NCBI GenBank assembly: GCA_045106895.1 | Contig: JBGCFM010000184.1 | Coordinates: forward strand, 1 to 17,267 | DNA length: 17,267 bases | Reading direction: 5' to 3' | Source: Polyangiales bacterium | GTDB taxonomy: Bacteria; Myxococcota_A; Polyangia; Polyangiales; Houyiibacteriaceae | Part shown: piece after piece, positions 8,187 to 16,647 of the stretch | Layout: every line of letters begins with the position of its first letter | Position numbering within the stretch: the stretch's first letter is position 1 | Translations under genes and position numbers: made by a program | Notes under the pieces: model-generated | What the model saw: only the letters and a program-made list of their open reading frames with translations | The model's database searches: none | What the model was told of the DNA's origin: nothing

Positions 8187-8951
8187 CTAGCGTCGAAGAC
8201 GACGGCCGTATCGCTTCTCGATCCGGCCGACCTCGTAGATGGCGCGCACGGCATCGCTGATGCCGATCTTTGAGCCGGGAATGTCCGTCCAGCGCATAAG
8301 CGGCTGCTCGACGATCTTCTCCTTGGCGTCGAGTCCCTCGTCGTTCCACGCGATGATTAGGCGCGCGAGCATCTCGACGTCAAAGACCCAACGCGACATG
8401 AAGGGCTCCGAAAGCGCCGCACGCATCGCCGCGTTGGAGCGCAAGAGCTTGGCGCCGCATTGCGTATCGCAGACGGGGAGCTGAAGCATCTCGGATACCA
8501 CCGTGGCGAAGACCCGGCCGTAGGCGTGACGGTAGAACTTGCGCTCGATGTGGCGACCCAGGAGGCGGATGCGCGAGCCGATGACGAGGTCCGTGTGAGG
8601 GCGCTCGTCCAAGATAGATACGAAAGTCGGGAGTTCTTCCAGCGGCGTCGCCAGGTCCGCGTCCCAGTAGCCGAGGAACTCGGCCTTTGGCGAGACGGAG
8701 TCGAACTCGTGGAGCAGTCCCTGTCGGACGGCCTCGGCTTTGCCTACGTTCTGGGGGAGGTCGAGGACCTCGACGCGGAAGGGAGGCGCTACGTTTTGAA
8801 GCTCACGCAGCACGTCGAGGGTGCCGTCGCGGCTCCCATCGTTGACGAAGCGAATGCGCAGGTTCTCTTGAGCGCTCAGGGCGCTAAGAAAGGCTGCCTG
8901 GTCAAGGCGCTTTTCCTCGTTGTAACAAGGAACGATGAGGGCGACCTGCAT
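8187..8951 (-). CDS. Glycosyltransferase family 2, dolichyl/polyprenyl-phosphate hexose synthase-like (DPM/DPG synthase-like)
   Basis: Likely start is ATG 8951 (MQVALIVPCYNEEKRL). Motifs VNDGSRD, NVGKAEAVRQG, WDADLAT (DxD), GSR, DTQCGAK and WVFDVE. The stop lies 9 nt upstream of the GT-C gene start. Confidence 0.92.
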   Translation of the reverse strand: MQVALIVPCYNEEKRLDQAAFLSALSAQENLRIRFVNDGSRDGTLDVLRELQNVAPPFRVEVLDLPQNVGKAEAVRQGLLHEFDSVSPKAEFLGYWDADLATPLEELPTFVSILDERPHTDLVIGSRIRLLGRHIERKFYRHAYGRVFATVVSEMLQLPVCDTQCGAKLLRSNAAMRAALSEPFMSRWVFDVEMLARLIIAWNDEGLDAKEKIVEQPLMRWTDIPGSKIGISDAVRAIYEVGRIEKRYGRRLRR

Positions 8952-9085
8952 GCGGCCCGGAGAGTGCGACGGCGAGAGAGGATCTGCAAGCCGAGGAGGG
9001 GTCTCTTCGCCCCCAAGTGTCCGGATTTTAGGGTGAATGTGGTCGAGCGATTGACGCAGGGCCGGCCCGCGGCCACGAATGCAGG

Positions 9086-10702
9086 GTGTCGGTGCCGTCA
9101 CGAAAACGAAGTCTCGTCGCGACGCTCTTCTTCGTCGCCGCCTGGCTCTTCGTTTTTCCGTACTTCGAGCGGATGAACAATCCCAACGAGAACGTGCGTC
9201 TTTACATGACGGCGGCGCTCGTAGACGACGGCTCCTACGAGATCTCGAACCAGCGTCAGCGCTGGGGCTGGGTCAACGACGCGGCCTGCACGCAGCCCGC
9301 CCGCCCCGGCGTCGAGGGCTTCGCCGAGGGCGAGCTGATGTACTGCGAGGGACGCCCCGGTGGCGCGCGAAAATACTACTCGGTCAAGGCCCCTCTCACG
9401 AGCTGGCTCGGAATCCCGGGCTACGTCATCGCGAAGTGGCTCGGTGGCGAAGAGCTCACGAAGGCCTCGGCGATTTGGTGGGTGCGCCTCTTCGGCACGG
9501 GCATCCCGTGCGCGATCTTTCTTTTCTTCTTTTATGGGTTCCTCGGGCGCGTCACGAGCTCGCCGATGGCCCGAGACTTGTCGTTCCTCGCCTTCGCTCT
9601 TGGCAGCGTCTTCCTCGGCTACTCGTATCTGTTTGCGAGTCACTCCACGAGCGCCGTCGCCGCGGGAGGCGCGTTCATTATCCTCGCGCATTTTCATCGG
9701 CAGAAGCGCGATGGGTTCCGCGCGGAGACAAAGAAACAACGCAGCGGAGCCTGGTTGCTCGCGGCCCTCGCCGGTTTTCTCACGGCGGGCTGCACGGCCC
9801 TCGAGTACCCCTGCTTGCTCTTCAGCGTGGCCTTCTCCCTCTACGCACTCGTCGCCATTCGGCCGTTCCCACGCATCCTCGCTTTCGGGGTTGGCGCGCT
9901 CATCCCCACGCTCCTCGTCGCTCACTTCCAATGGTCCGCCTTCGGCAACCCACTCTCGCCGGGTCATCTCTTTGTGGAGAACGCGGCGTTCCGCGCGGGT
10001 CACGAACAAGGTTTCTTCGGCGCCGATGGATTTCACTGGGAGGCCGCCGCGTCGCTTCTTTTTGCGCCACGGGAAGGCCTCTTCACCACGACGCCTTTCT
10101 TCCTCTTCGCGCTTCTAGGCTTGGCGCCGCTGTGGAAACGCTATCGTGTCGCCGCGAGCTTCGCCGGCGCCGCGAGCCTTCTCACGTACCTGGCCATCTG
10201 CCTCATGGGCAACTGGGACGGTGGCTGGGTTATCGGGCCGCGTTACCTCGTCGTCTTGCTTCCCTTCGTCGCCATCGCCTCGGCAGCAGGGCTAGAGAGC
10301 GCCGAACGCAAGGCACCGATACTTACGGGCTACGTCGCCTCGACGTTGATCATCATGAGCTTCGCCGTCGCCGGGACCCTCTCCGTGTTCTATCCGCACG
10401 TGCCCGCGGAGATCATCTGGCCGATGTCGCACATGGTGTGGCCTGTTCTCAGCGAAGGCCGCGCTCCCCACAACGCATTGGAGCTTCTCGGCATGGTCGG
10501 CAGCTGGACGATGCTGCCCCTCGTCTTCCTTGCCCTCGGCTCTTTGGTCTGGGCGCAGGACAAGAAGACCAAGTGGCGTGCGCCGATGTGGGTCGTTGCC
10601 GGCGTGTTCACGGCGGCTGCGCTCTACGCGACCTCGATTCCCGAGATGGGCGACGCGGCGAGGCCAGCTCTGGATGCCGTGCATTCGCTTTGGGAGCCTT
10701 AG
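9086..10702 (+). CDS. Polytopic membrane protein, probable GT-C-fold glycosyltransferase
   Basis: 538 aa with roughly a dozen hydrophobic segments. The loop after TM1 reads NPNENVRLY..AL.DDG...I.......ND...YYSVKAP..S.LG. Later motifs EYP, FG.PL..G, GLF...PF and W.GGW..GPRYL...LPF are typical of uncharacterised GT-C-like families. Start is uncertain by a few codons. Confidence 0.7.
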   Translation: MSVPSRKRSLVATLFFVAAWLFVFPYFERMNNPNENVRLYMTAALVDDGSYEISNQRQRWGWVNDAACTQPARPGVEGFAEGELMYCEGRPGGARKYYSVKAPLTSWLGIPGYVIAKWLGGEELTKASAIWWVRLFGTGIPCAIFLFFFYGFLGRVTSSPMARDLSFLAFALGSVFLGYSYLFASHSTSAVAAGGAFIILAHFHRQKRDGFRAETKKQRSGAWLLAALAGFLTAGCTALEYPCLLFSVAFSLYALVAIRPFPRILAFGVGALIPTLLVAHFQWSAFGNPLSPGHLFVENAAFRAGHEQGFFGADGFHWEAAASLLFAPREGLFTTTPFFLFALLGLAPLWKRYRVAASFAGAASLLTYLAICLMGNWDGGWVIGPRYLVVLLPFVAIASAAGLESAERKAPILTGYVASTLIIMSFAVAGTLSVFYPHVPAEIIWPMSHMVWPVLSEGRAPHNALELLGMVGSWTMLPLVFLALGSLVWAQDKKTKWRAPMWVVAGVFTAAALYATSIPEMGDAARPALDAVHSLWEP

Positions 10703-10862
10703 CAGGTTGGTGAAAAACTCCGCGATGCCGCTTTGCGGCATGAGTACGCAATCACGGACCCTCCGAATCGCGGCCACCTATGTCCATAGGCGGACGTGAA
10801 TCGGACGCAGGTGCGCACGCACTCAGTCCAAAAATCGCCAGGCGGCCTTTTTCACCAACCTG
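10703..10862. mobile_element. MITE-like non-autonomous element (160 bp)
   Basis: Perfect 15-bp terminal inverted repeats CAGGTTGGTGAAAAA (10703-10717) / TTTTTCACCAACCTG (10848-10862), flanked by TTAG direct repeats (10699-10702 and 10863-10866). It has internal hairpins and no convincing ORF. Confidence 0.85.
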
Positions 10863-10907
10863 TTAGCGCTCGTCTCCGATGTCTCGGCGTAAGCCGCGTC
10901 CCTTGGC

Positions 10908-11537
10908 TCAGTCTTCCTCGACAACAAGGCCGCCGCGGCGGAGCGCTGTGGTGAGCGCATCGACGTCGGTGATTGGAACGGACGCGAAGAGCACGTGCTC
11001 TTCAGCGGAATCTCCCTTCGTCGCGATCACATCCACGCTCTCAAGTGATGTCGGCACGACGCGAACCTTGGGTATGTTCTGCCGGCTCAGGGAGCGGCCA
11101 TCTCCGAGGATCAGCTCGTCCGGCCGGATCCCCAAACTCGCGGTGTCGTGCCGGACTCGTTCGCCACTCCACATTTCTAACCAGTGCACAAGCGGGAGGG
11201 TAAGCCGATAGGTCGCGTACATGAGGAACGCCGCGAGACCGCCGGCGAGCAACAGGCGATAGTCGAAGCGTCCCGCAAAGAGAGCCAAGGTGAACGTGGG
11301 AACAGCGAGCAAAGAAATGTAGCCAAGGCCCCGGAGCGTACCCGCGAGCAAAGAGAACGGTTTGTGCTGGTGTGCGCGCTTTCCTTTGCGTTCATCAAGG
11401 ATGAGCCGCAGTGAAACGCCATCGCCGCGGTACGACCCTTCGTTCGCGGTCTCCACGCGTACGCGGCTCTCTTTTCCGGATGGCTCGTCCACGAAGACCG
11501 TTCTCCGGACGCTAGGCGGGAAACACGATGGATGCAA
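10908..11537 (-). CDS. Hypothetical membrane protein (two TM helices plus a C-terminal soluble domain)
   Basis: Up to 209 aa with a central hydrophobic hairpin (LGYISLLAVPTFTLALFAG / LLLAGGLAAFLMYA). The true start may be a downstream GTG such as 11492. Confidence 0.65.
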   Translation of the reverse strand: MHPSCFPPSVRRTVFVDEPSGKESRVRVETANEGSYRGDGVSLRLILDERKGKRAHQHKPFSLLAGTLRGLGYISLLAVPTFTLALFAGRFDYRLLLAGGLAAFLMYATYRLTLPLVHWLEMWSGERVRHDTASLGIRPDELILGDGRSLSRQNIPKVRVVPTSLESVDVIATKGDSAEEHVLFASVPITDVDALTTALRRGGLVVEED

Positions 11538-11617
11538 TTATTGGCGACGGGCGACTGACCGAGTTGCTCCGTGATTTCGGCCAACAAGAGCCAAAGCTGA
11601 CGTGCCGGCAAGGGAGG

Positions 11618-12049
11618 CTAGGGTAGGCCGGCAGACGTAGAACGCTTCGTACGCTCGAACTCCGCCAAGAACGCGGCTGGATCCGTGTAGGCCAGAAAGC
11701 GCATGCCCATGATGCTGAGGGTCATCGCCGCCGTCGCGACGCCCATCGCCACGAGGCCAGGCTTGGTCAGAATATGAACCGACGAGACGGCCTTGAAGTG
11801 GTCGCGGCACCAGGCCGTGGCGTGGGCTCGGGCCTTGGACGCGTAGGCATCCATTTGGGAGAAGTCGACGAAGATATGAAGGTCCGACGACGTCTTGGCG
11901 ACCTCCGTCATCGCGTCCGAAGCCTGTGTTGATAGCTCAAAGCTATAGTACCCGGCAGCCTCGAAGAGCATCACGCCTGCACCCGCGCTCTTAAGCGTCG
12001 CGCGTCCCCTTGCGTCTTCGAAGGTGTGTTCGACAGCCACCGCGGGCAT
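11618..12049 (-). CDS. STAS/SEC14 (SpoIIAA-like) domain-like small protein
   Basis: Likely start is ATG 12049 (MPAVAVEHTF..., 143 aa). The pattern HIFVDFSQMDAY.S.AR...T.W....VHIL....LVAMGV....M...F resembles myxobacterial STAS/SEC14-like proteins. Confidence 0.65.
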   Translation of the reverse strand: MPAVAVEHTFEDARGRATLKSAGAGVMLFEAAGYYSFELSTQASDAMTEVAKTSSDLHIFVDFSQMDAYASKARAHATAWCRDHFKAVSSVHILTKPGLVAMGVATAAMTLSIMGMRFLAYTDPAAFLAEFERTKRSTSAGLP

Positions 12050-12380
12050 CTTCAGGCGGAACGCTCGGCGATGGAAGTCCTTTCGTGATGGCCCAGCTTG
12101 GAGCCGCGTTTTCGGCTTCGTTCCTCGGGGGTGGCCCGGTTGCCGCTCCTGAACCATTCAAGAGAATCGGAGACTCGTCATCGCCGACATCTATCTGAAC
12201 GTGGTTGTCGGGCTGTCTTCGTTGCTCGACCGATTGGCCATCGCTCACCCGCGTGCCCGGATGCGCGCTTCGTCTGCGGGGAGTCGAAATTCATGAGCAA
12301 ACAGTCGAAGAAGTACGGAACATCGTTCCATTGTCACTGTATTGTTTGGTCGCGGACGGTGAGAAGTCTAATGTCCGTCG

Positions 12381-13418
12381 ATGCGCCACGCCTTACAACT
12401 CGCCCTCGTCCTCACCCTCGCCACCGCGTGTGCTCAAGAGGGCCCGGGCATCTACGATGGTGACCCTTCCATGTCCTGCAACGAGGTCTGCGCGGAGCAG
12501 TTGCTCGCATGCGACGAAAGCCATGTCTGGAGCACTGACATCCTCGGATTCAGGAACCGCGGTGGAGGCGAGCGCAGATACCAAAGAAGCACGTTCGATC
12601 GGACGAACGTTCTATTTCCCTGCGCGACGGTCCCCCCGGACAGCGTCGAGCGTGATGGCGAGATCTACGAGGGCACCGATACGTACGAATGCGCCTGCAT
12701 CAACCCTGCCGTCGACGCCGGCGCCGTTGACGGAGGTTCGCCAGACGTCGTCGTGGACGTTCCGGTGATCGCCCTCGACAGCACCACACCAGACAGCGGC
12801 GCCCTCGACGTCAGCATTCCCGACGTCAGCGCCCCAGACGCTGGCCCCACGCCTGGCACCTATGCTGGCGATATCGACGACCCATCGTCATGCGAAGACG
12901 TCTGCGTAGCCGTGGGCCTGAGCTGCAACGCACGCCACCGCTGGCCCGGCGATTTCCTCGTTCCCGGCGATCCAGGCGGCGGCCAGGCCAATTTCGGTGG
13001 CGACACCACCAATGGCTTCGGGTGCTACGAATCCCCGCCCGCCATGTTCTCCGGGTCCCCGCTTCGCTCCTACCGATGCGCCTGCGTCCTCCCCCGCGTC
13101 ATCGAGGGAGAGCTCCTGAACGAGGTCGAACAGTCCATCGAAAGAACGAGCGTCTACCAAGGTCGCTTCACCGTCGCTGAACCCGCGGACGTGAGCTACT
13201 CCGTCCAAGACAACTACGTATCCACACCCAACAGCTTCGACGTCGCCATCGTCCCAAGTGCGTCCATCGATGCGTTCCTCGCAGGCGAGGAGCCGCTTGT
13301 ATACGGCGAGGGGTCAAGTGGTTCGGTATCCCTCCCGGCCGATGAATACATCCTCGCCGTGGTCTGCCGAAACGCCATTTCATCGTGCCGGTTCCACACC
13401 CTCGTCGTCCTCGATTGA
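12381..13418 (+). CDS. Cys-rich lipoprotein with two copies of a six-cysteine domain and a C-terminal beta-rich domain
   Basis: Signal MRHALQLALVLTLATAC (lipobox Cys17). Two copies of PG.Y.GD...SCxxVC......C...H.W....GGG...C...PP...YxCAC are separated by a DAG/PD-rich linker. Confidence 0.8.
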   Translation: MRHALQLALVLTLATACAQEGPGIYDGDPSMSCNEVCAEQLLACDESHVWSTDILGFRNRGGGERRYQRSTFDRTNVLFPCATVPPDSVERDGEIYEGTDTYECACINPAVDAGAVDGGSPDVVVDVPVIALDSTTPDSGALDVSIPDVSAPDAGPTPGTYAGDIDDPSSCEDVCVAVGLSCNARHRWPGDFLVPGDPGGGQANFGGDTTNGFGCYESPPAMFSGSPLRSYRCACVLPRVIEGELLNEVEQSIERTSVYQGRFTVAEPADVSYSVQDNYVSTPNSFDVAIVPSASIDAFLAGEEPLVYGEGSSGSVSLPADEYILAVVCRNAISSCRFHTLVVLD

Positions 13419-13435
13419 GTGGACGTGGCGCGGAC

Positions 13436-14434
13436 CTACGGGAAGTGGCGCGTCTCTACGCTCGTCGCTTGCATGTCGTTCTGCACGCCTTGGAGGCTTG
13501 GCGCCGGGCCACCTTCGTAGACAACACGCAGCGTGCACTGGGGAAACGCTGAGTACTCACGCATCAACACGAGCGTCGGCGTCGTCGACGCCTGCGCGAT
13601 ATCCACGCTCATCGCAACCACCTCGACGCACTCGTCATCGTTCTCAAGGGTCGCGCACGCACGCGTAGCAATAGTCTCTTTCAGGGCGTCGCGACGCGCG
13701 ACAAATCCTGCGTGCTCTCGTGCTCGTTGTTCGTTTGTCTCCAGTACACGGGCCCGTTCAGCTTCGCGTTCATCTCGGAGCCGCTGCTCTTCGGTGTCCC
13801 ACGCTTCCCGTGGCGTTCGGTTCGCCATTTCCCATCGCTCAATGGCACGTGCCGAGGCGGGTGTGAGGCGCCGTCCCGCGTTTCCTCGACGTCCCAAGGT
13901 AGCGGCGCGGGTCACGGCGTTCACGACACCGTTGCCGCGGAAGCGTGCCTCCGGTCGTGGGGTCTCCGGCTCATACTCGCGGACCGAATACGCCGGCGGC
14001 ACCGGCAGCGCTTCGAACGCTTCCGGCGTCGGCAGATCGCGGTCGTAAATGCGCGATAAGAACGTGCTTGGACGACCATCACCCAGGAACATGAACTCCG
14101 TCTCCACGGCGCCCACCTGAGAAGTTCGTGCTTGCCAGCGAAGTTCAAAAAAATGAACCGCTGTCGAAGCTTCTTCAGGAATACCAAAGCGCTCCATCAG
14201 CTCCGGGGCCTCGATCAAGCGCGCCGAAAACTCCAGGTCGGCTTTCGCCGCGAAGGCCAACGCGGCGTCTCGTGATTCCTGAGCTGTGACTTGGGCGCCT
14301 TCGCACTCGCGACAAAACTCGTCGAAGCGCTCCTCGCGAACCAAGGTTGAGAGCGAGGTACAGCTCAGCGACGCTGAAGCAACACACAACAGAACAATCA
14401 GTCGCCCGCCCTGCTCCTTGTTGGAACTACCCAT
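13436..14434 (-). CDS. Hypothetical secreted protein or lipoprotein
   Basis: Likely start is ATG 14434, overlapping the upstream stop by 8 nt (ATGGGTAG). Hydrophobic RLIVLLCVASASLSC could be a lipobox. It also has a charged coiled-coil-like stretch, EEQRLRDEREAERARVLE. Confidence 0.6.
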   Translation of the reverse strand: MGSSNKEQGGRLIVLLCVASASLSCTSLSTLVREERFDEFCRECEGAQVTAQESRDAALAFAAKADLEFSARLIEAPELMERFGIPEEASTAVHFFELRWQARTSQVGAVETEFMFLGDGRPSTFLSRIYDRDLPTPEAFEALPVPPAYSVREYEPETPRPEARFRGNGVVNAVTRAATLGRRGNAGRRLTPASARAIERWEMANRTPREAWDTEEQRLRDEREAERARVLETNEQRAREHAGFVARRDALKETIATRACATLENDDECVEVVAMSVDIAQASTTPTLVLMREYSAFPQCTLRVVYEGGPAPSLQGVQNDMQATSVETRHFP

Positions 14435-16058
14435 GGTCGACTCCGCTTGCTCGCTGTGTTTCAGCATCCACGGCGGCACCGGCGGAAGACAGGGATGGCG
14501 GGGACTGGCCTGCCCTCGCGCCGATCGGCGAGGAGACCAGACCGGCCACGCTCACATTCCGTAAGCTGACCTGAAAGTGGTCCGGGCGTGCGCCGAGAAA
14601 GCGAAGGGCCGCGGGCTGCACGGCACCGAGGTGGGCCTCGGTGATCGAGAGCAAGCGCTCACCCACACGCAGTGACTCGAGGGCCAAGTGGAGGCCTTCG
14701 AGGCTGGCGCGGAGGTGCCCCTCGCGCGGCTCCTCGCCCGGGTGGTGGTGCACGTCTCCGGTGAGCTTGAACGATTCCAAGGGAGGTCGCTCCGCGTCGA
14801 TTCCGAGCTGAATCACGCCACGATGACCGAGGTTGATGCGAGAGACCTGGGTTAGGTGGAGGTTCACATCCACGTTGAGAAACCCGAGTCCCCGAAGCTC
14901 GAAAGCACTCTTCCCGCTCTTGCGCTGCTCGCCTTTGGACTCGGGGAGTTCCCATTCCGCGAAGTGGCGGAGCTTCACCATCTGCTCGGCCTTTGCGCGC
15001 TCCACTTCTTCGGCAGGAAGGCGGAAGAGAACGAGGGACCGGTAGTAGCCTGGCAGCAGGGGAATGTCGTTGTCGATGGAGAGCTTGCCATCTCTCACCT
15101 GCATATCGATGAAGGCAGACTCCAGCGCGCCAAGGTCGCGCTCCAGGTCCTTGTAGTTGATCTCTCCATGCGTCAGGGGAATGCGAAAGTGGTGCGTCTT
15201 CTTGCGCCGCACCACGGCAATCTTCGCGTCGACGTGGAGGTCAATGTCGATCTGCCCGTTGAGTCCGTCCACGAAGCGGAGGTCGAAGGGAGCGCTCCCT
15301 TGCCGCTTGTCCGGCGACGGCAGCGGCGGCTTGGGTGGCTCCGCGGGCAACACGTCTCGCATGTCGGGGATCTCGAAGTTGATCTCATCGAAGACGGCGG
15401 ACGGGATCTCGATTCGGCCATCGACGTACTGGACCCCCTGCGGCACGTGCACGCCGGCAACCCCGACGTGAAAGGCGCCGGAGCGCAACGAGGCGGCACC
15501 GATTTCGAGGGAGCGGATCTCGAAGGCCATGGAATCGGCGTTGGCAGAGAGCTGGATGCCTTGGAGCGTGAGGGCGCCGACGTCGATGAGGGAGCTCCCG
15601 ATCTCGATCTGCACATCTTCGAGCGTGGCGGTCTCGGCGCGGATCGACCAGGCCCCGTCGCCCCGTCGCTTGTAGACCAACTCGCTCAGCGCCAATCGAC
15701 CACGTACCTCGACTTGGCCGATTCGGACGCTGACGGAGGGCGAGCGAGCGCTCTTGGCGGCGATGGTCCCGCTGAGGCCACCACCGACCCGATCGATTTC
15801 GAAGTCCAGGATGACGTCGTGGAAGAGCGTGCTGCTGCCAAACACCACGTGGCCGTCGGGGATCTGCCAGTCGATTTCAGCGAACGCGACCTCTTTGCCG
15901 CGAATCTCGCGGAAACCAAGGACTTTGGGGAGCTGCTCGTACTCGCCGGAGATGGCGCGCGTAGGCCCGAGTTGGACCACGTGCGGAACCTCCGAGACTT
16001 CGCTCGGGACCTCGATCCTTAGGCCCTCGGTGGCCAACCGGTCTGCGGAGACGCGCAT
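14427..16058 (-). CDS. Large beta-strand-rich hypothetical protein (possibly AsmA-like / repeating beta-groove)
   Basis: About 543 aa from ATG 16058 (adjacent TTG at 16061). Long runs of alternating hydrophobic/polar residues and a Pro-rich linker (PAEPPKPPLPSP). The fold assignment is an inference only. Confidence 0.75.
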   Translation of the reverse strand: MRVSADRLATEGLRIEVPSEVSEVPHVVQLGPTRAISGEYEQLPKVLGFREIRGKEVAFAEIDWQIPDGHVVFGSSTLFHDVILDFEIDRVGGGLSGTIAAKSARSPSVSVRIGQVEVRGRLALSELVYKRRGDGAWSIRAETATLEDVQIEIGSSLIDVGALTLQGIQLSANADSMAFEIRSLEIGAASLRSGAFHVGVAGVHVPQGVQYVDGRIEIPSAVFDEINFEIPDMRDVLPAEPPKPPLPSPDKRQGSAPFDLRFVDGLNGQIDIDLHVDAKIAVVRRKKTHHFRIPLTHGEINYKDLERDLGALESAFIDMQVRDGKLSIDNDIPLLPGYYRSLVLFRLPAEEVERAKAEQMVKLRHFAEWELPESKGEQRKSGKSAFELRGLGFLNVDVNLHLTQVSRINLGHRGVIQLGIDAERPPLESFKLTGDVHHHPGEEPREGHLRASLEGLHLALESLRVGERLLSITEAHLGAVQPAALRFLGARPDHFQVSLRNVSVAGLVSSPIGARAGQSPPSLSSAGAAVDAETQRASGVDHG

Positions 16059-16142
16059 CAAAGTGAACCTATCCGATCTGAGCTAGATTCGAAGCGCTAT
16101 GTCGACTTTGCCGAAACCAGATGGAGGCTCGATCAGCCCCTC

Positions 16143-16621
16143 TTACGAAGGCGGGGACCAGTCTTCCAGCGGCGGGAAAGTCGAAACCCAATCGAAGAAG
16201 CGCTGAACCATCTCCGCCGAGTTCAGTTCAGCGCTTTTCGAGTCCGTCGGTCCTCACGGAAGGATCGCTACTTGCCACCGTCAGCCAAGTGTTGGCCAAG
16301 AAGTAAGTGGGTAAGAGCGCCCGGCACTCGAGCAGAGCCCTCGCGAAGGTCTCAAAGAGGTCCTCGATGGAGATCGAATCTCGTTGCTCGACCAGCAGCT
16401 CATATGCGGGTTCCAAATGCCGAGTACTCCCCTTGGATGACCACTCGTTCGGAGAAAAGTAGGTGTTGAGATCGTCCGCGCTGAGCTCGTTGGCGAGAGC
16501 CGCCGTGTGATAGATGGTCCATCCGTCGTCGTCGGTGTTGAGCGTCGAAGGGTCCGCCGTACTCCGCCGCCAAGGCGTGCACGCCTTCTACGATCCGTTG
16601 TTTCAGCGCTGGGTATTCCAT
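16143..16621 (-). pseudogene. DUF4303-like protein split by two apparent frameshifts
   Basis: Three consecutive frames join into one plausible protein: MEYPALKQRIVEGVHALAAEYGGPFD / LNTDDDGWTIYHTAALANELSADDLNTYFSPNEW...WLTVASSDPSVRTDGLEK / ELNSAEMVQRFFDWVSTFPPLEDWSPPS*. The TDDD..TI, SP.EW, SD and LN motifs match my recollection of DUF4303. Confidence 0.7.
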
Positions 16622-16647
16622 AGTCTCACGGTACAGTACTCGCAGCG

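Noticed and set aside
8952..9101. 50-aa N-terminal extension of the GT2 ORF
   Set aside because: It overlaps the divergent gene start, and the GT2 domain begins right after ATG 8951.
9079..10713. 544-aa alternative-frame ORF on the + strand
   Set aside because: Arg/Pro-rich shadow of the 538-aa membrane protein, as expected in high-GC DNA.
12050..12380. Possible small gene or remnant in the divergent gap (e.g. 11991..12248 minus)
   Set aside because: No recognisable motif, and the candidate ORFs overlap neighbouring genes. It is most simply a divergent promoter region, though a remnant cannot be excluded.
14856..16022. Long antisense ORFs (also 1709..2503, 4054..4911, 6564..7538, 8460..9176, 9098..10036)
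   Set aside because: They mirror real genes on the opposite strand, have V/D/E/G/H-biased composition and show no motifs.
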